NCBI GenBank assembly: GCA_964634935.1
Contig: CAZWJT010000005.1
Location: 7,128 to 71,127, forward strand
Reading direction: 5' to 3'
Length of the DNA stretch: 64,000 nucleotides
Source: an uncultured Planctomycetia bacterium
GTDB taxonomy: Bacteria; Omnitrophota; Gorgyraeia; Duberdicusellales; Duberdicusellaceae
Below the pieces are notes generated by a model. That model made no database searches and was not told the DNA's origin. It saw only the letters and a list, made by a program, of their open reading frames with translations. Within the stretch, counting starts at the first letter, position 1, and every line of letters begins with the position of its first letter. A program made the translations under genes and the position numbers. Of this stretch, positions 30,834-40,234 are shown in pieces.

Positions 30834-31700
30834 TTACAATCGCTCAAAAAGAGGAAGAATTTTCTGCTGCCAGCCTATAGGCATAAGATGAACGCCGGCG
30901 CAGAGCCCACGAACACCTTGAAGAATTTCATAGGTAATGTCTAACGATTCTGCAACTTTATCGTGAGCAGATTCCATCCGCGCAATAACCGATTCGGGAA
31001 CTTCGATGCCTGGGATATGCTCATTCAAGAAACGAGCCATCTTTTCTGACTTTAAAATTACAATCCCGGCGATAATCTTTGCGCGCAGATGCTTTGTCCT
31101 TTCGAGAAAATATTCAAATCGCTTCAGATCGAAAACGGCTTGAGTCTGGAAAAATTGCGCTCCTGCGCGAATCTTCTTTTCCATCTTGATAAGCTCCGGT
31201 TCCAAAGGATCAGCCTGCGGATTGACTACCGCGCCGATAAAAAAATCGGTTTTCCCCTTTAGCTGATTTCCTGAACAGTCAACACCGGAATTGAGCTTCT
31301 GGATTACCTGAAGAAACTGGACAGAATCAAGATCAAACACTGGTTTTGCCTGAGGATGATCTCCTAAAAGAGGATGATCGCCGGTGAGCGCCAAAACATT
31401 ACGGATACCGAGCGCAAAACTTCCTAACAAATCAGACTGAAGCGCGATCCGGTTTCTATCGCGGGTTGTAAATTGAACGATTGACTCAAATCCTTCTTGC
31501 TCTGCGCAAAGTGCCATAGCCCAAGAAGAAAGTTTCATCACTCCGCCTTGTGAATCAGTTACATTCACCGCGTCGACTTTACCCTGAAACTTGCGAAGCA
31601 CCTCCCTGACAGCCACTAAATCTGTCCCCTTGGGAGGTTCAATCTCAATAGTAAGAACAAATTTACCCTGATTGATTTTTTCCCTAAACGTTTGAATCAT
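30834..31700 (-). CDS. metF: Methylenetetrahydrofolate reductase (small, acetogen/anaerobe-type MetF)
   Basis: 288 aa. The TIM-barrel MetF motifs (VEIEPPKGTD, LALTGDHP) are present. It lacks the E. coli-type N-terminal extension. Confidence 0.85.
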   Translation of the reverse strand: MIQTFREKINQGKFVLTIEIEPPKGTDLVAVREVLRKFQGKVDAVNVTDSQGGVMKLSSWAMALCAEQEGFESIVQFTTRDRNRIALQSDLLGSFALGIRNVLALTGDHPLLGDHPQAKPVFDLDSVQFLQVIQKLNSGVDCSGNQLKGKTDFFIGAVVNPQADPLEPELIKMEKKIRAGAQFFQTQAVFDLKRFEYFLERTKHLRAKIIAGIVILKSEKMARFLNEHIPGIEVPESVIARMESAHDKVAESLDITYEILQGVRGLCAGVHLMPIGWQQKILPLFERL

Positions 31701-32541
31701 GTTGTATCCTATAGGCGCGCATGAGGTTTTCGAACAGGAGACTGATAGTCAAACTGCCAATCCCTCCGGGAACCGGAGTAATAAACGAAGCACGCTCTTT
31801 TGCTTTTTCAAATTCAATGTCACCTACGATTCTGCCTTGCACTGTATTAATCCCCACATCGATAACTACCGCTTGTTCGGGGATCAAATCTCCTTTGATA
31901 AATTCAGGCTTACCAACAGAAACAACAAGAATCTTTGCCCGAGAGATATGGCCAGTAAGCTTCTGCGCTTCTGATGTGCCAATATGACAAATGGTGACCG
32001 TTGCAAGCTCTCGTAATAAAAGAGCCGCAAGGGGCTTACCAACTGTATTTGAATGCCCAATAATAACGGCTTCGCTGCCCCGGAGAACAACGCCGGAAGC
32101 CTTAACCGCTTCAAAACAAGAACGAGCAACCGGAGAGACAAAAAGAGGATTCCCCAGAAACAAAAGACCTATATTTTGAGGATGAACCCCTTCTACGTCT
32201 TTTTCGGGAGCGAGATAAGAAACGACTTCGGAAAAAGCAATATTCCTGCCAAAAGGCGTATGGAGAATAATGCCGTGCGTACTGTGGTCTTTATTTAAAC
32301 TATCAAGTAAATCTTTCAGCTCTTCTTTCGTAATTGTATCTTTTGTCGTAATCGCCTCATATGCAATACCCAGCCGCGCCGCGTTCTTCTTTTGCGCCTG
32401 AACATACAGGGCCGCTGCTTCATTATGCGCCGTGCTTACAGAAACTAATTTCGGTGGCATCGTTCCCGGAGAACGAGCGGCAAGCTCCGAAACAATCTTT
32501 TCTTCAATCTTAGCTTTCATCGGCAACGGATCAAAAATCAT
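31684..32541 (-). CDS. folD: Bifunctional methylene-THF dehydrogenase / methenyl-THF cyclohydrolase
   Basis: 285 aa. The HSNTVGKPLAALL and TPVPGGIG motifs are present. Confidence 0.9.
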   Translation of the reverse strand: MIFDPLPMKAKIEEKIVSELAARSPGTMPPKLVSVSTAHNEAAALYVQAQKKNAARLGIAYEAITTKDTITKEELKDLLDSLNKDHSTHGIILHTPFGRNIAFSEVVSYLAPEKDVEGVHPQNIGLLFLGNPLFVSPVARSCFEAVKASGVVLRGSEAVIIGHSNTVGKPLAALLLRELATVTICHIGTSEAQKLTGHISRAKILVVSVGKPEFIKGDLIPEQAVVIDVGINTVQGRIVGDIEFEKAKERASFITPVPGGIGSLTISLLFENLMRAYRIQHDSNV

Positions 32542-32542
32542 T

Positions 32543-33118
32543 TTATACTAACGTCCTATCTATCCGCGCCAGCCGAGCTTGATAAGAAAAAAATGCCTTA
32601 CGGTAGGCGCGAATCTTTCCCTGAACCTTCTGATTGGAAAATCCTAAATACTCTGTATTAGCCTTCATATTGATTAAAGCGGTTTTTAGCGCCGCGCACG
32701 AGAAAGAAAAACCGACGGAAAAATCACCGAGCAATCTCCGGGATACCACGCTGCGCAGGTTTTCTGCTTCATGTAAAACCGCGAGGGCGCAATCCGCCAA
32801 TTCTTCTGACAAAACGAGAGCTTGATTGAGCAATTTCTGCTTTCTTTGCTTATGCTGTTCCTGAGAAAACCTCTGAAAAACAGCGCTGTCTCTATCAACG
32901 ATGGTCAAAGCTTTTTCGCGAAGCCGCAAAAACCGGGAGAAAGATTTTTCAAGAGTCTTCTGTTGCGCGGAATCAAGCTTTTTAAAGCTTATCCGGAGAG
33001 CCATCTCAAAAAGGCTAATTCCCAAAGCGAGCACCAACCCCGCGGCACTCCCGCCGCCGGGAGCCGGTTTCTGGGAAGCTAAATCTTGGATATATGGTAA
33101 TAACCCCTGTCGGTACAT
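32543..33118 (-). CDS. Formimidoyl-THF cyclodeaminase / methenyl-THF cyclohydrolase-like protein (FTCD C-terminal domain family)
   Basis: 191 aa, all-helical. The N-terminal PAPGGGSAAGLVLALG motif is the hallmark of the FTCD_C/FchA family. It sits in a folate-C1 neighbourhood. Confidence 0.7.
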   Translation of the reverse strand: MYRQGLLPYIQDLASQKPAPGGGSAAGLVLALGISLFEMALRISFKKLDSAQQKTLEKSFSRFLRLREKALTIVDRDSAVFQRFSQEQHKQRKQKLLNQALVLSEELADCALAVLHEAENLRSVVSRRLLGDFSVGFSFSCAALKTALINMKANTEYLGFSNQKVQGKIRAYRKAFFSYQARLARIDRTLV

Positions 33119-33221
33119 GTCCGGTTTTCTCAGAATAATACTCTGCTCATTGTACCATCAGCCTGTTTTTATTCAATATTTTCAAGAAAGAATTTAACGA
33201 AGAAATTACCGGGAGGATTCG

Positions 33222-33461
33222 CTATTCTTGGTCATCAGTTTTCGATTCTTCCGTTTCCTTCTCAAACATCTTCATGATATTTTTAATCTCAATCTCAGTA
33301 CTGTCAATCCGAGCCTTACAGAGATTAATCAACTCCATTGCCCGTTTTACTTTTTCCGAGAGCTCATCAACATCAACTTCCTGGTCGCGCAATCCTTCCA
33401 GAATTCTTTCAAGCTCTGCAACCGCCTCAGAGTATTTTAATACACTCGGTTTATTTTTCAT
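33222..33461 (-). CDS. xseB: Exodeoxyribonuclease VII small subunit
   Basis: 79 aa coiled-coil protein (SYSEAVAELERILEGL...). It is immediately downstream of xseA with a small overlap. Confidence 0.85.
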   Translation of the reverse strand: MKNKPSVLKYSEAVAELERILEGLRDQEVDVDELSEKVKRAMELINLCKARIDSTEIEIKNIMKMFEKETEESKTDDQE

Positions 33462-34788
33462 CTTCCTCCTTTATGTTGCTAACTTTGCTGGTAATCCTGC
33501 CTTGGTAAAGCAGAGTAATCAACTCATCGCCTTGTGTCACTTTCTGGCTTTGGCGGACCGGAACATTCTTATGCAAAGTAATGCTGAAGCCGCGCTTGAG
33601 AACATTTTTTGGGTTTAACAACTCAAAGGAATTTTCAAAAAAAGAAAGGCGTTCCCTGCAAATCTTTATGTATTGCTGGGCTGCCCCAAAAAAATCACTC
33701 CGCAAAAGCTCTATTCTCTTTCTTCCGGATTCAAGTTCATGTAAAACGGTTGTTTTAAGGTATGTTTTCTGCTCGATAAGCCATCCTTTCCGATTCGTAA
33801 AGAATTCCGCGATGAGCAAAGAAAAACTCCCGGCTAAAGACGCTAATGCTCGATCTCGAGATTCGACGTATTCCCGTGCACTTTGAAGAATATCACGCAC
33901 ATGCGCGTCGAGCGATTGCCGGAAATTACTTACTCGTTCCACGAGAAATTGTGCTACCTTCGTTGGAGTCTTAAAAGAAGTGTGGGCAACAAGATCAAGA
34001 ATGGTCGTGTTAATCTCATGGCCAAGAGCAGTAAAAACCGGAAACGTACAGAGCGCTGCTTTTTCAGCAATCCTCTGGTTGTCAAACCAGCTTAAATCAG
34101 CGGTAGATCCTCCTCCACGCGTGATCACGATCACATCCAGCTCCTCCTGCCCCAAATTTTCAAAAAGCCTAAAAGCCTGAAGAAGATCGCTCTCGACGTT
34201 TTTACCCTGCATAAAAGCGTCAAAAAGAATAAGCTGGAAAGCAAAATTACTCCCTTGCAATTCTGAGATAAAATCATGGTATGCCGCTGAATTATGCGCA
34301 GTTACAAGCCCAATCCGCAAGGGAACCTGAGAAACTGAATGTTGTTTGTTCCGTTCAAGCAATCCCTTCTTTCGTAAATCATCGATAATCCGCTGACGGT
34401 CTTGAGCAAGCTTTCCTAAGGTATAGATAGGATCGATATCATACACTTCTAAGCTATACAGTCCCCATTTTGGCGAAAGACCAACGCGGCAAAGAAGTTT
34501 TACTTCAATATCATCGCGAAGAACAAAGCGCGCGTCCGCTTGTTTGAGTTTTCTGGCAATACGTTCGGCGACATTTTCAAAAACAACTGCTTTGACTTGA
34601 GCTACGATCTCATTTGCCTCGGGATGTTTCTGCACCAGGTTAAAATGTAAATGACCGCGGGAACGAAAATCCTGGATTTCACCGCACACCCAAACGTATT
34701 CGGGAAATTCGGAACGGATAAGACGCTGGACAGCAGTATTAATCTCAAGAATTGTAAAAACCTTTTCCGTCTTCAAAAAATCATCCAT
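33451..34788 (-). CDS. xseA: Exodeoxyribonuclease VII large subunit
   Basis: The preferred start is the ATG at 34788..34786 (MDDFLKTEKVFTILEINTAVQRLIRSEFPEYVWVCGEI, the OB-fold N-terminus). This removes the 80-nt overlap with the upstream receptor gene. Confidence 0.85.
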   Translation of the reverse strand: MDDFLKTEKVFTILEINTAVQRLIRSEFPEYVWVCGEIQDFRSRGHLHFNLVQKHPEANEIVAQVKAVVFENVAERIARKLKQADARFVLRDDIEVKLLCRVGLSPKWGLYSLEVYDIDPIYTLGKLAQDRQRIIDDLRKKGLLERNKQHSVSQVPLRIGLVTAHNSAAYHDFISELQGSNFAFQLILFDAFMQGKNVESDLLQAFRLFENLGQEELDVIVITRGGGSTADLSWFDNQRIAEKAALCTFPVFTALGHEINTTILDLVAHTSFKTPTKVAQFLVERVSNFRQSLDAHVRDILQSAREYVESRDRALASLAGSFSLLIAEFFTNRKGWLIEQKTYLKTTVLHELESGRKRIELLRSDFFGAAQQYIKICRERLSFFENSFELLNPKNVLKRGFSITLHKNVPVRQSQKVTQGDELITLLYQGRITSKVSNIKEEDEK

Positions 34789-34825
34789 GATGAATATTAT
34801 ACCATATTCCCGAATTCGGAGAAAA

Positions 34826-36679
34826 TCAGAAAGAAACCTCAGCTCCGGCGTAAAATGCCCTGCCGGAAAGGGGGTATCCATGTTCTTCCTGATAAATCTT
34901 GTCAAAAATATTTTTTACCTCAATAAAAAATTTAGTATGCTTATGAAGCGTATAGGCAAAGTCAAAATTGACTAAACAAGAATGTTCAAGAAAAGCGCTA
35001 TTGTCGACATTGACAAACCGTTTTGTCTTATAAATTGTGTTGAGCCCAAACTCATATTGCTGAACTGGGGTATACGCAAGCCGCAATTTATACAAATGTT
35101 GCGGACGGTACATCAGCCATTTTCCATTACTGCCGTTCTCGCTTTCTAAATATGTATAGTTAAAATTTGCTTTTACATGCTTTGGAAGCACGAATTCTGT
35201 CTCATATTCAATGCCTTGTATCGAAGCCGAGTTGATATTTTCCGGTCTCCACCACCAGGCATTATCCACCGTCCACTCAATCAGATCTCTGAATTTTGTC
35301 CGAAAGAAAGTTACGTCTGTTTTAAATTTTCCAAATAGATAACCGCTGAAACCAGCTTCATAAGAAGTGGCATGCTCAGGAATGAGATCTTCATTTCCCT
35401 CAACACCGCCAAAAATACCCCAATCTTCCCGAGGCCAATATAAATCATTGAAAGTGGGAGCACGAAAAGACCGGGCAGCTAAAGCATGGAATTTGAGCAT
35501 ATCAAAAAACCAGAAATTAAACCCAACACTCGGGCTAAATTCGCTGCCAAAGTTTGAGTAATCATCCCAACGGGCACCGAATTTAAATGATCCGTTCTTG
35601 AAAATTTCTGTTTCTGATTCCGCGTATAGCCCTTTTACGAAATAATCGTGCTTCCCGCTATTGGAACTATTCAGTTTGTGCTCTTGAAAATTGAGACCGA
35701 ATGCCGTACGAAAAACGTCAAAAAAAACATGAGAAATCTGCCCATCAAATCCATCGATTACGGTACTATGCGCGTCCTTAAGCAGAGGACTGAATGTTTC
35801 AATAAATTCAAATCTATCCCTGTTTTCGTATGCCTTAAGCAAAATCTGCTGATCTGCTCCTGTTTTTCCAGAGAAACTCAAGTCGAAATAATTCTTGAAT
35901 GATTCAGTCCGATCATCCAAATCAATCCAAGAAGTCGGTCCAGCGCTTCCGTTTTCCGAATTATAATAGCCGGTAGAAAAACTTAAACGGTTATCTGCAT
36001 CAAATGCATAACCAATCCGGGTATGAACCGTATTGCTTAAATAATCGGTATTATCTCTGTACCCGGCTGAAGCAAGATATCCATAGGAAAGAAAGTAGTC
36101 TAGATCGCAAATTTTATCCCCATGATTCAGAGCAATTTCTTTTGAGCGGAAAGAACCGAATTTACTCAATATTCTCGTTCCTTGGTTATCCAGTCCGTTC
36201 TTCGAAATAATATTGAGTACTCCTCCTACCGCATTTGCACCATAAATACTGCTTGCAGGCCCCCGCAGAACTTCGATTCGGTCTACATCAGAAATCATGA
36301 TCTGGTTAAAATCAGTGAAACCATCTCGGGGGGTACTCATTGGACGACCGTCAAGAAGCGTTAAAACCTGGCTCGATGAAGCACCGCGAGTATGTACCGA
36401 ACGAGTTGCCCCTATCGAACCGTATTCCAGAATATCCACCGAGGGCAGGAGGTCGAGTATCTCAGTAATTTCGTTTGCGCCGATGGAATTCAGATCTTTT
36501 TCAGTAACAATGCTAATATTTTGGCTTGAATATTTGTAGGCCTGCTCAATTCTCGAAGACGTCACCACGACTTCTCCCAAATCCAGCCCGTATTCAGCAA
36601 AAGAATCAGCATCGGCAAAAACCAAAGCATAAAACCCAAAAACACAAGAAAAAAAAGTGAGAAAAGTTATGTTTCGCAT
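34826..36679 (-). CDS. btuB: TonB-dependent outer-membrane receptor, probably the cobalamin transporter BtuB
   Basis: The preferred start is the ATG at 36679..36677 (MRNITFLTFFSCVFGFYALVFA signal peptide). There is a TonB-box-like DLGEVVVTSSR, plug and beta-barrel segments, and a C-terminal ...AGAEVSF. A cobalamin riboswitch lies directly upstream. Confidence 0.8.
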   Translation of the reverse strand: MRNITFLTFFSCVFGFYALVFADADSFAEYGLDLGEVVVTSSRIEQAYKYSSQNISIVTEKDLNSIGANEITEILDLLPSVDILEYGSIGATRSVHTRGASSSQVLTLLDGRPMSTPRDGFTDFNQIMISDVDRIEVLRGPASSIYGANAVGGVLNIISKNGLDNQGTRILSKFGSFRSKEIALNHGDKICDLDYFLSYGYLASAGYRDNTDYLSNTVHTRIGYAFDADNRLSFSTGYYNSENGSAGPTSWIDLDDRTESFKNYFDLSFSGKTGADQQILLKAYENRDRFEFIETFSPLLKDAHSTVIDGFDGQISHVFFDVFRTAFGLNFQEHKLNSSNSGKHDYFVKGLYAESETEIFKNGSFKFGARWDDYSNFGSEFSPSVGFNFWFFDMLKFHALAARSFRAPTFNDLYWPREDWGIFGGVEGNEDLIPEHATSYEAGFSGYLFGKFKTDVTFFRTKFRDLIEWTVDNAWWWRPENINSASIQGIEYETEFVLPKHVKANFNYTYLESENGSNGKWLMYRPQHLYKLRLAYTPVQQYEFGLNTIYKTKRFVNVDNSAFLEHSCLVNFDFAYTLHKHTKFFIEVKNIFDKIYQEEHGYPLSGRAFYAGAEVSF

Positions 36680-36699
36680 AGAGCAAGTACAGCCTTTCT

Positions 36700-36965
36700 T
36701 GGTGAAAAAAAATCCCGGCACCTTATAAAAGATGCCGGGATTGCACCCGTATTCTCTTAATCCCTTTCTCTATTTTAAACTGCTCACGCGGCAGTATCAA
36801 AATATAGTATCATACGCAGGTCTTCTGGCTCTGGGATTATCCTGCTAAGTGCGCCTTCCCGCTGAAAATCAGCAGTGGCTTTTTGCTTTACAGCAAGCAC
36901 TGTTCGTTCCCCATTACAGCACCGGGAGTGCTTCCGATTCACACGGAATTCCCTTACATATGATA
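36700..36965 (-). promoter_or_regulatory. Cobalamin (B12) riboswitch: aptamer (~36853..36957) plus terminator-type expression platform, in the 5' leader of the BtuB-like gene
   Basis: The minus-strand reading is ...GUAAGGGAAuuCcGUGuGAAuCgGaaGCacuCCCgGuGCUGUAAugGGGAA...aaaaaGCCACUGcugauuuucagcGGGAAGGCgcacuuagcagg... This contains the conserved AGGGAA, GGUG.AA.UCC, GCUGUAA, B12-box GCCACUG and GGGAAGGC elements of the Rfam cobalamin class. It is followed by a terminator hairpin and then the btuB start. Confidence 0.8.
36703..36741 (-). terminator. Intrinsic terminator hairpin plus U-tract (riboswitch OFF-state expression platform)
   Basis: The minus strand reads CCCGGCAucuuuuauaagGUGCCGGGAuuuuuuuu, 24 nt upstream of the btuB ATG. 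The ORF track translated this U-run as ...FFFTKK. Confidence 0.6.
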
Positions 36966-37165
36966 TAACTCTTCAAAAGAACTGTCCTTATTGTAATCAA
37001 AGTAATCACTTTGTCAAGTGCGCACTTAGGCGGCATCACTCAAAAACAAGAAAAATATTTTCTGGATGAAGGATTGCAGTTATTTGGCGCTCATAGAAAT
37101 AATATGTCATGCAAGCAAAGAGAAGCAACAAATTGGCAAAAAGAAATACTAGGCGAGAAAGTTCC

Positions 37166-37876
37166 TTAAGAATGCCTGGAAGGATACAAACCGCATCCGC
37201 GTTTTCCCTCAGGGCAGTAGCCAAGCCGAACGCACTTAGCGCCTGTTTTCGAAAAAACTTCCGGCAGAATCTTACCGCATGCTTTGTGCATCTTTTGGGC
37301 AACTGAACGGATTTCCCATTGGGCTCTTGTGCAGAGGCGTTCTTCAAAAAAATGCAAAAGTTCCCGGATATTCATCGTAACCACAATCTTGGTTTCAACT
37401 GCCTGGGGGAGCAGAAACCGCAAATCTTGGTTCATCGCTTCCCGATCAAGTGTATTCTCTTTTTTCAATTCTTCTTTACATTCCCGATAAGAAGCTTTTA
37501 TGTATTCCATGGCAGCGATGAATTTCTCGCAAATCCTTTTACGCTTCTGAATCGACGGGGGGATGATGTACGCAAACTCATCCATCGCCACATATCGCTG
37601 GCTCTGTTGAGAATAGGAGGCGATTCGATGACGAACAAGCTGATGAGTACAGGTACGGGAAACTCCTTCAATCGCAAAGGTAAAACTCACATGTTCTAAG
37701 GGACTGAGGTGTCCGACCTCTTTGAGATGTAAGACGAATTCCCTTAGCTCCTTCGAAGTTACGTTTTCAAGGCCCTGGAAGATGCTCTTTGCTGAGTGCT
37801 TTGAATAGCATTGGCGTGCCGCGGAGAAAATGACTTCTTTTGGCTTTTCGGTATAGGAAAGAATACAAACATTCAT
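37166..37876 (-). CDS. thyX: Flavin-dependent thymidylate synthase
   Basis: 236 aa. The ThyX signature LVRHRIASYSQQSQRY (RHRx7-8S) is present. Confidence 0.9.
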   Translation of the reverse strand: MNVCILSYTEKPKEVIFSAARQCYSKHSAKSIFQGLENVTSKELREFVLHLKEVGHLSPLEHVSFTFAIEGVSRTCTHQLVRHRIASYSQQSQRYVAMDEFAYIIPPSIQKRKRICEKFIAAMEYIKASYRECKEELKKENTLDREAMNQDLRFLLPQAVETKIVVTMNIRELLHFFEERLCTRAQWEIRSVAQKMHKACGKILPEVFSKTGAKCVRLGYCPEGKRGCGLYPSRHS

Positions 37877-37908
37877 CGATAGTGCGGGTCAATTATTTGG
37901 TGGCAGAA

Positions 37909-38412
37909 TTATTCTGCAAAAAGGATCCTGCGCGCTCTGGAAGATTTAATCCAACGTACAGAAAGTTCATAAGTTCCAAAGAGCACGCCCACGTAGAGAA
38001 GATCCGCGAGCACAGAAATCCGAAAGAAAGGAACCGCGAGCGTAAAACATTCGACGAAACCTTCAAAACTCCGGGGATACCAGAGAAGCCACACTCCAAA
38101 ATTGGTAATGAGAAAAAAAAGGACTGAAGAAAGAACGGCATAAGAGATTACCCGCGAAGCTGTCTTGGTTTGTTTCAGCCGCATCCCCAAATACGAAATC
38201 AGCAAAATACTTGACCAGGTAAAAAGAACCGCGTCATGCATTCCGAGTAAAATATCAGACAGAACATAGAGAAAAAAAGGTACGGTTAGTGCCTGCCCTT
38301 TTTTTAAATACACACCGGAAAAAAGAGCAATTCCTACTACCGGAGAAAAATTTGGCATATGCGGCAGAAGCCTTGAAAAAACACCAAGAAGAATAAGTAT
38401 TCCTGCAATCAT
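37909..38412 (-). CDS. Small polytopic integral membrane protein (possible vitamin/ECF-type substrate-binding membrane component; family uncertain)
   Basis: 167 aa with about 5 predicted TM helices (MIAGILILLGVFSRLL...). No catalytic motifs were found. The call is by hydrophobicity only. Confidence 0.4.
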   Translation of the reverse strand: MIAGILILLGVFSRLLPHMPNFSPVVGIALFSGVYLKKGQALTVPFFLYVLSDILLGMHDAVLFTWSSILLISYLGMRLKQTKTASRVISYAVLSSVLFFLITNFGVWLLWYPRSFEGFVECFTLAVPFFRISVLADLLYVGVLFGTYELSVRWIKSSRARRILFAE

Positions 38413-38445
38413 AGTGTTTTTATACTAACAAAAAAATATCCTTTG

Positions 38446-38907
38446 TCAAATTATTTTTCCGGGTAATTTTAAACTTTGCTCTTTCCGCAACAAATCGAGA
38501 AGCTTCTCCTCTTCTTTTCTCATAATCTGGCGCGCTGAAGCAGGCTTATCACAATAACCTAAAAGATGCAAAATCCCATGCACGATGCACAAAGCATACT
38601 CTGCGCGAAACGTATTCCGAAAATACCTGGCATTCCGCATGACCTCTGAAAAACAAATAATCACTTCGCCCAAAAAGTTATCCGGGTCACAAGATTCTGA
38701 TAACCGGAAAGAGATAACATCAGTTGTACTGCTTGTATGAAAATATTTTTTATTGAGAGCGCGGATACAGGCGTCGTCAACAAAAACTACGGAAACCGAA
38801 TAACCTGACTTTCCTTTCTCAAGCAACGTCCGCTCCGCAACGGCTGTGACGAAACGCTTACTGATTATGCGTGGATGTATCTTCCGGGGAATCCTGGTGA
38901 ATATCAT
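38446..38907 (-). CDS. ybeY: rRNA maturation endoribonuclease YbeY
   Basis: The HGILHLLGYCDKP (H-x-x-x-H...H) zinc motif is present. The preferred start is the ATG at 38907 (MIFTRIP...). It overlaps the pgpH 3' end. Confidence 0.8.
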   Translation of the reverse strand: MIFTRIPRKIHPRIISKRFVTAVAERTLLEKGKSGYSVSVVFVDDACIRALNKKYFHTSSTTDVISFRLSESCDPDNFLGEVIICFSEVMRNARYFRNTFRAEYALCIVHGILHLLGYCDKPASARQIMRKEEEKLLDLLRKEQSLKLPGKII

Positions 38908-40234
38908 TTTCCTGTTTCGGGTAATCAACACGGGTATGAAACATGGCGTTCAGTATCCGGATGAAAACACTGGAAATCTTTTCCAAATCGTTTACGGTCA
39001 GGCCTGACTCATCAAGCTGGCCGTCAAGGAGCTTCTGGTTGATACTTTCTTTCACCATCTCCCGAATCCGAGACGGCGAAGGCTCTTCAAGGCAACGCGA
39101 GCGGGCCTCAACGGTATCAGCAAGATGAACAATAGCAACTTCTTTTGATTGAGGCTTTGGCCCCGGATAACGATACTGCTCTTCACTGTTTGAATCTTCC
39201 GGCTTCTCCTTCTGCGCCATGCGGAAAAAATAATATACTAATGTGGTCCCGTGATGTTGCAGGATAAAATCCACAATATGCCGATGTAAGCGGTACTTAC
39301 GCGCCGCCTCTGCGCCTTCTTTCACGTGGTTTGTAATAACCAACTTGCTCATCGAGGGATTTAACTTTTTATGTTTATCGCGTTGCACAGCCAGCATTTG
39401 GTTTTCAGAGAAATATTCCGCCTTGGAAATCTTCCCAATGTCATGATAATATGCGCCAACCCGGGCAAGAAGAGACTTTGCTCCCACTTCTTCCGCTGCC
39501 GCTTCGGCCAGATTCGCAACAACTAAGCTGTGTTGATATGTCCCTGGTGCTTCAAGAATCATTTTACGCAGGAGCGGATGGTTAAAATCAGAAAGTTCCA
39601 GTAAAGAAATATTGGTAATCACGCGGAAAAGATACTCGAAAAGAGGAAGAAAACCCAGAATAAGTCCTGCGGAAATCAAGCAGTTTAAAAGAGTGGTATG
39701 AAACATAAAAAAAAGACCGTATCCGGTATAACGCGTGGCGAGACTGCCCAATAAAAATTCAACGCAGCCAGCGATGAAACCAGCGCGTATAATCTTAATA
39801 CGTTTGCGCACATTGGTGCTTAAAAACGCGCCAGTAAGTGAGGCTAAAAAAAGACTTGTGAATGTGGCCAACCCTTCATTATAGATAAAGCAAGCAGCCA
39901 GGCAGGCGAGAAAAGAATAAACAAAAGAAAACTCAAGATCATCAAACAATACCGTGATTAAAATAGAAAAACCCACCAACGAAACCGCGTAGATGTTTAA
40001 CTGAACCGCGTGAGACACGATAAGCGTCGCAAAAGTTAGCGTAAAAAGGAAAATAATATTTGTATAAGAAATATCCTGTTTTTTACGATAGTATTTCAGA
40101 TAGAGGACTCCGAACAAAAGCGCGACCAAAACAACGAATGATATCTCGTATATAAAAAAGATAACCCCCGCCACTAAAATAACACCGAAACCGATGAGAC
40201 CTTCAAATACGCTAGCATTAATTATTTTTTTCAT
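38858..40234 (-). CDS. pgpH: 7TM-HD membrane phosphohydrolase (PgpH/YqfF family cyclic-di-AMP phosphodiesterase)
   Basis: 458 aa. An N-terminal 7-TM region is followed by an HD domain (HSLVVANLAEAAA...YYHDIGK). It sits in the conserved phoH-pgpH-ybeY arrangement. Confidence 0.8.
   Translation of the reverse strand: MKKIINASVFEGLIGFGVILVAGVIFFIYEISFVVLVALLFGVLYLKYYRKKQDISYTNIIFLFTLTFATLIVSHAVQLNIYAVSLVGFSILITVLFDDLEFSFVYSFLACLAACFIYNEGLATFTSLFLASLTGAFLSTNVRKRIKIIRAGFIAGCVEFLLGSLATRYTGYGLFFMFHTTLLNCLISAGLILGFLPLFEYLFRVITNISLLELSDFNHPLLRKMILEAPGTYQHSLVVANLAEAAAEEVGAKSLLARVGAYYHDIGKISKAEYFSENQMLAVQRDKHKKLNPSMSKLVITNHVKEGAEAARKYRLHRHIVDFILQHHGTTLVYYFFRMAQKEKPEDSNSEEQYRYPGPKPQSKEVAIVHLADTVEARSRCLEEPSPSRIREMVKESINQKLLDGQLDESGLTVNDLEKISSVFIRILNAMFHTRVDYPKQENDIHQDSPEDTSTHNQ

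Noticed and set aside
36680-36721. N-terminal 14 codons of the TonB-receptor ORF (MPGFFFTKKGCTCS)
   Set aside because: This is translation of the riboswitch terminator hairpin and U-tract. The true start is the downstream ATG at 36679, which is followed by a proper signal peptide.
37036-37347. 103-aa minus ORF between the riboswitch and thyX
   Set aside because: It overlaps the thyX 3' end in another frame and extends into the promoter region of the riboswitch leader. No support.
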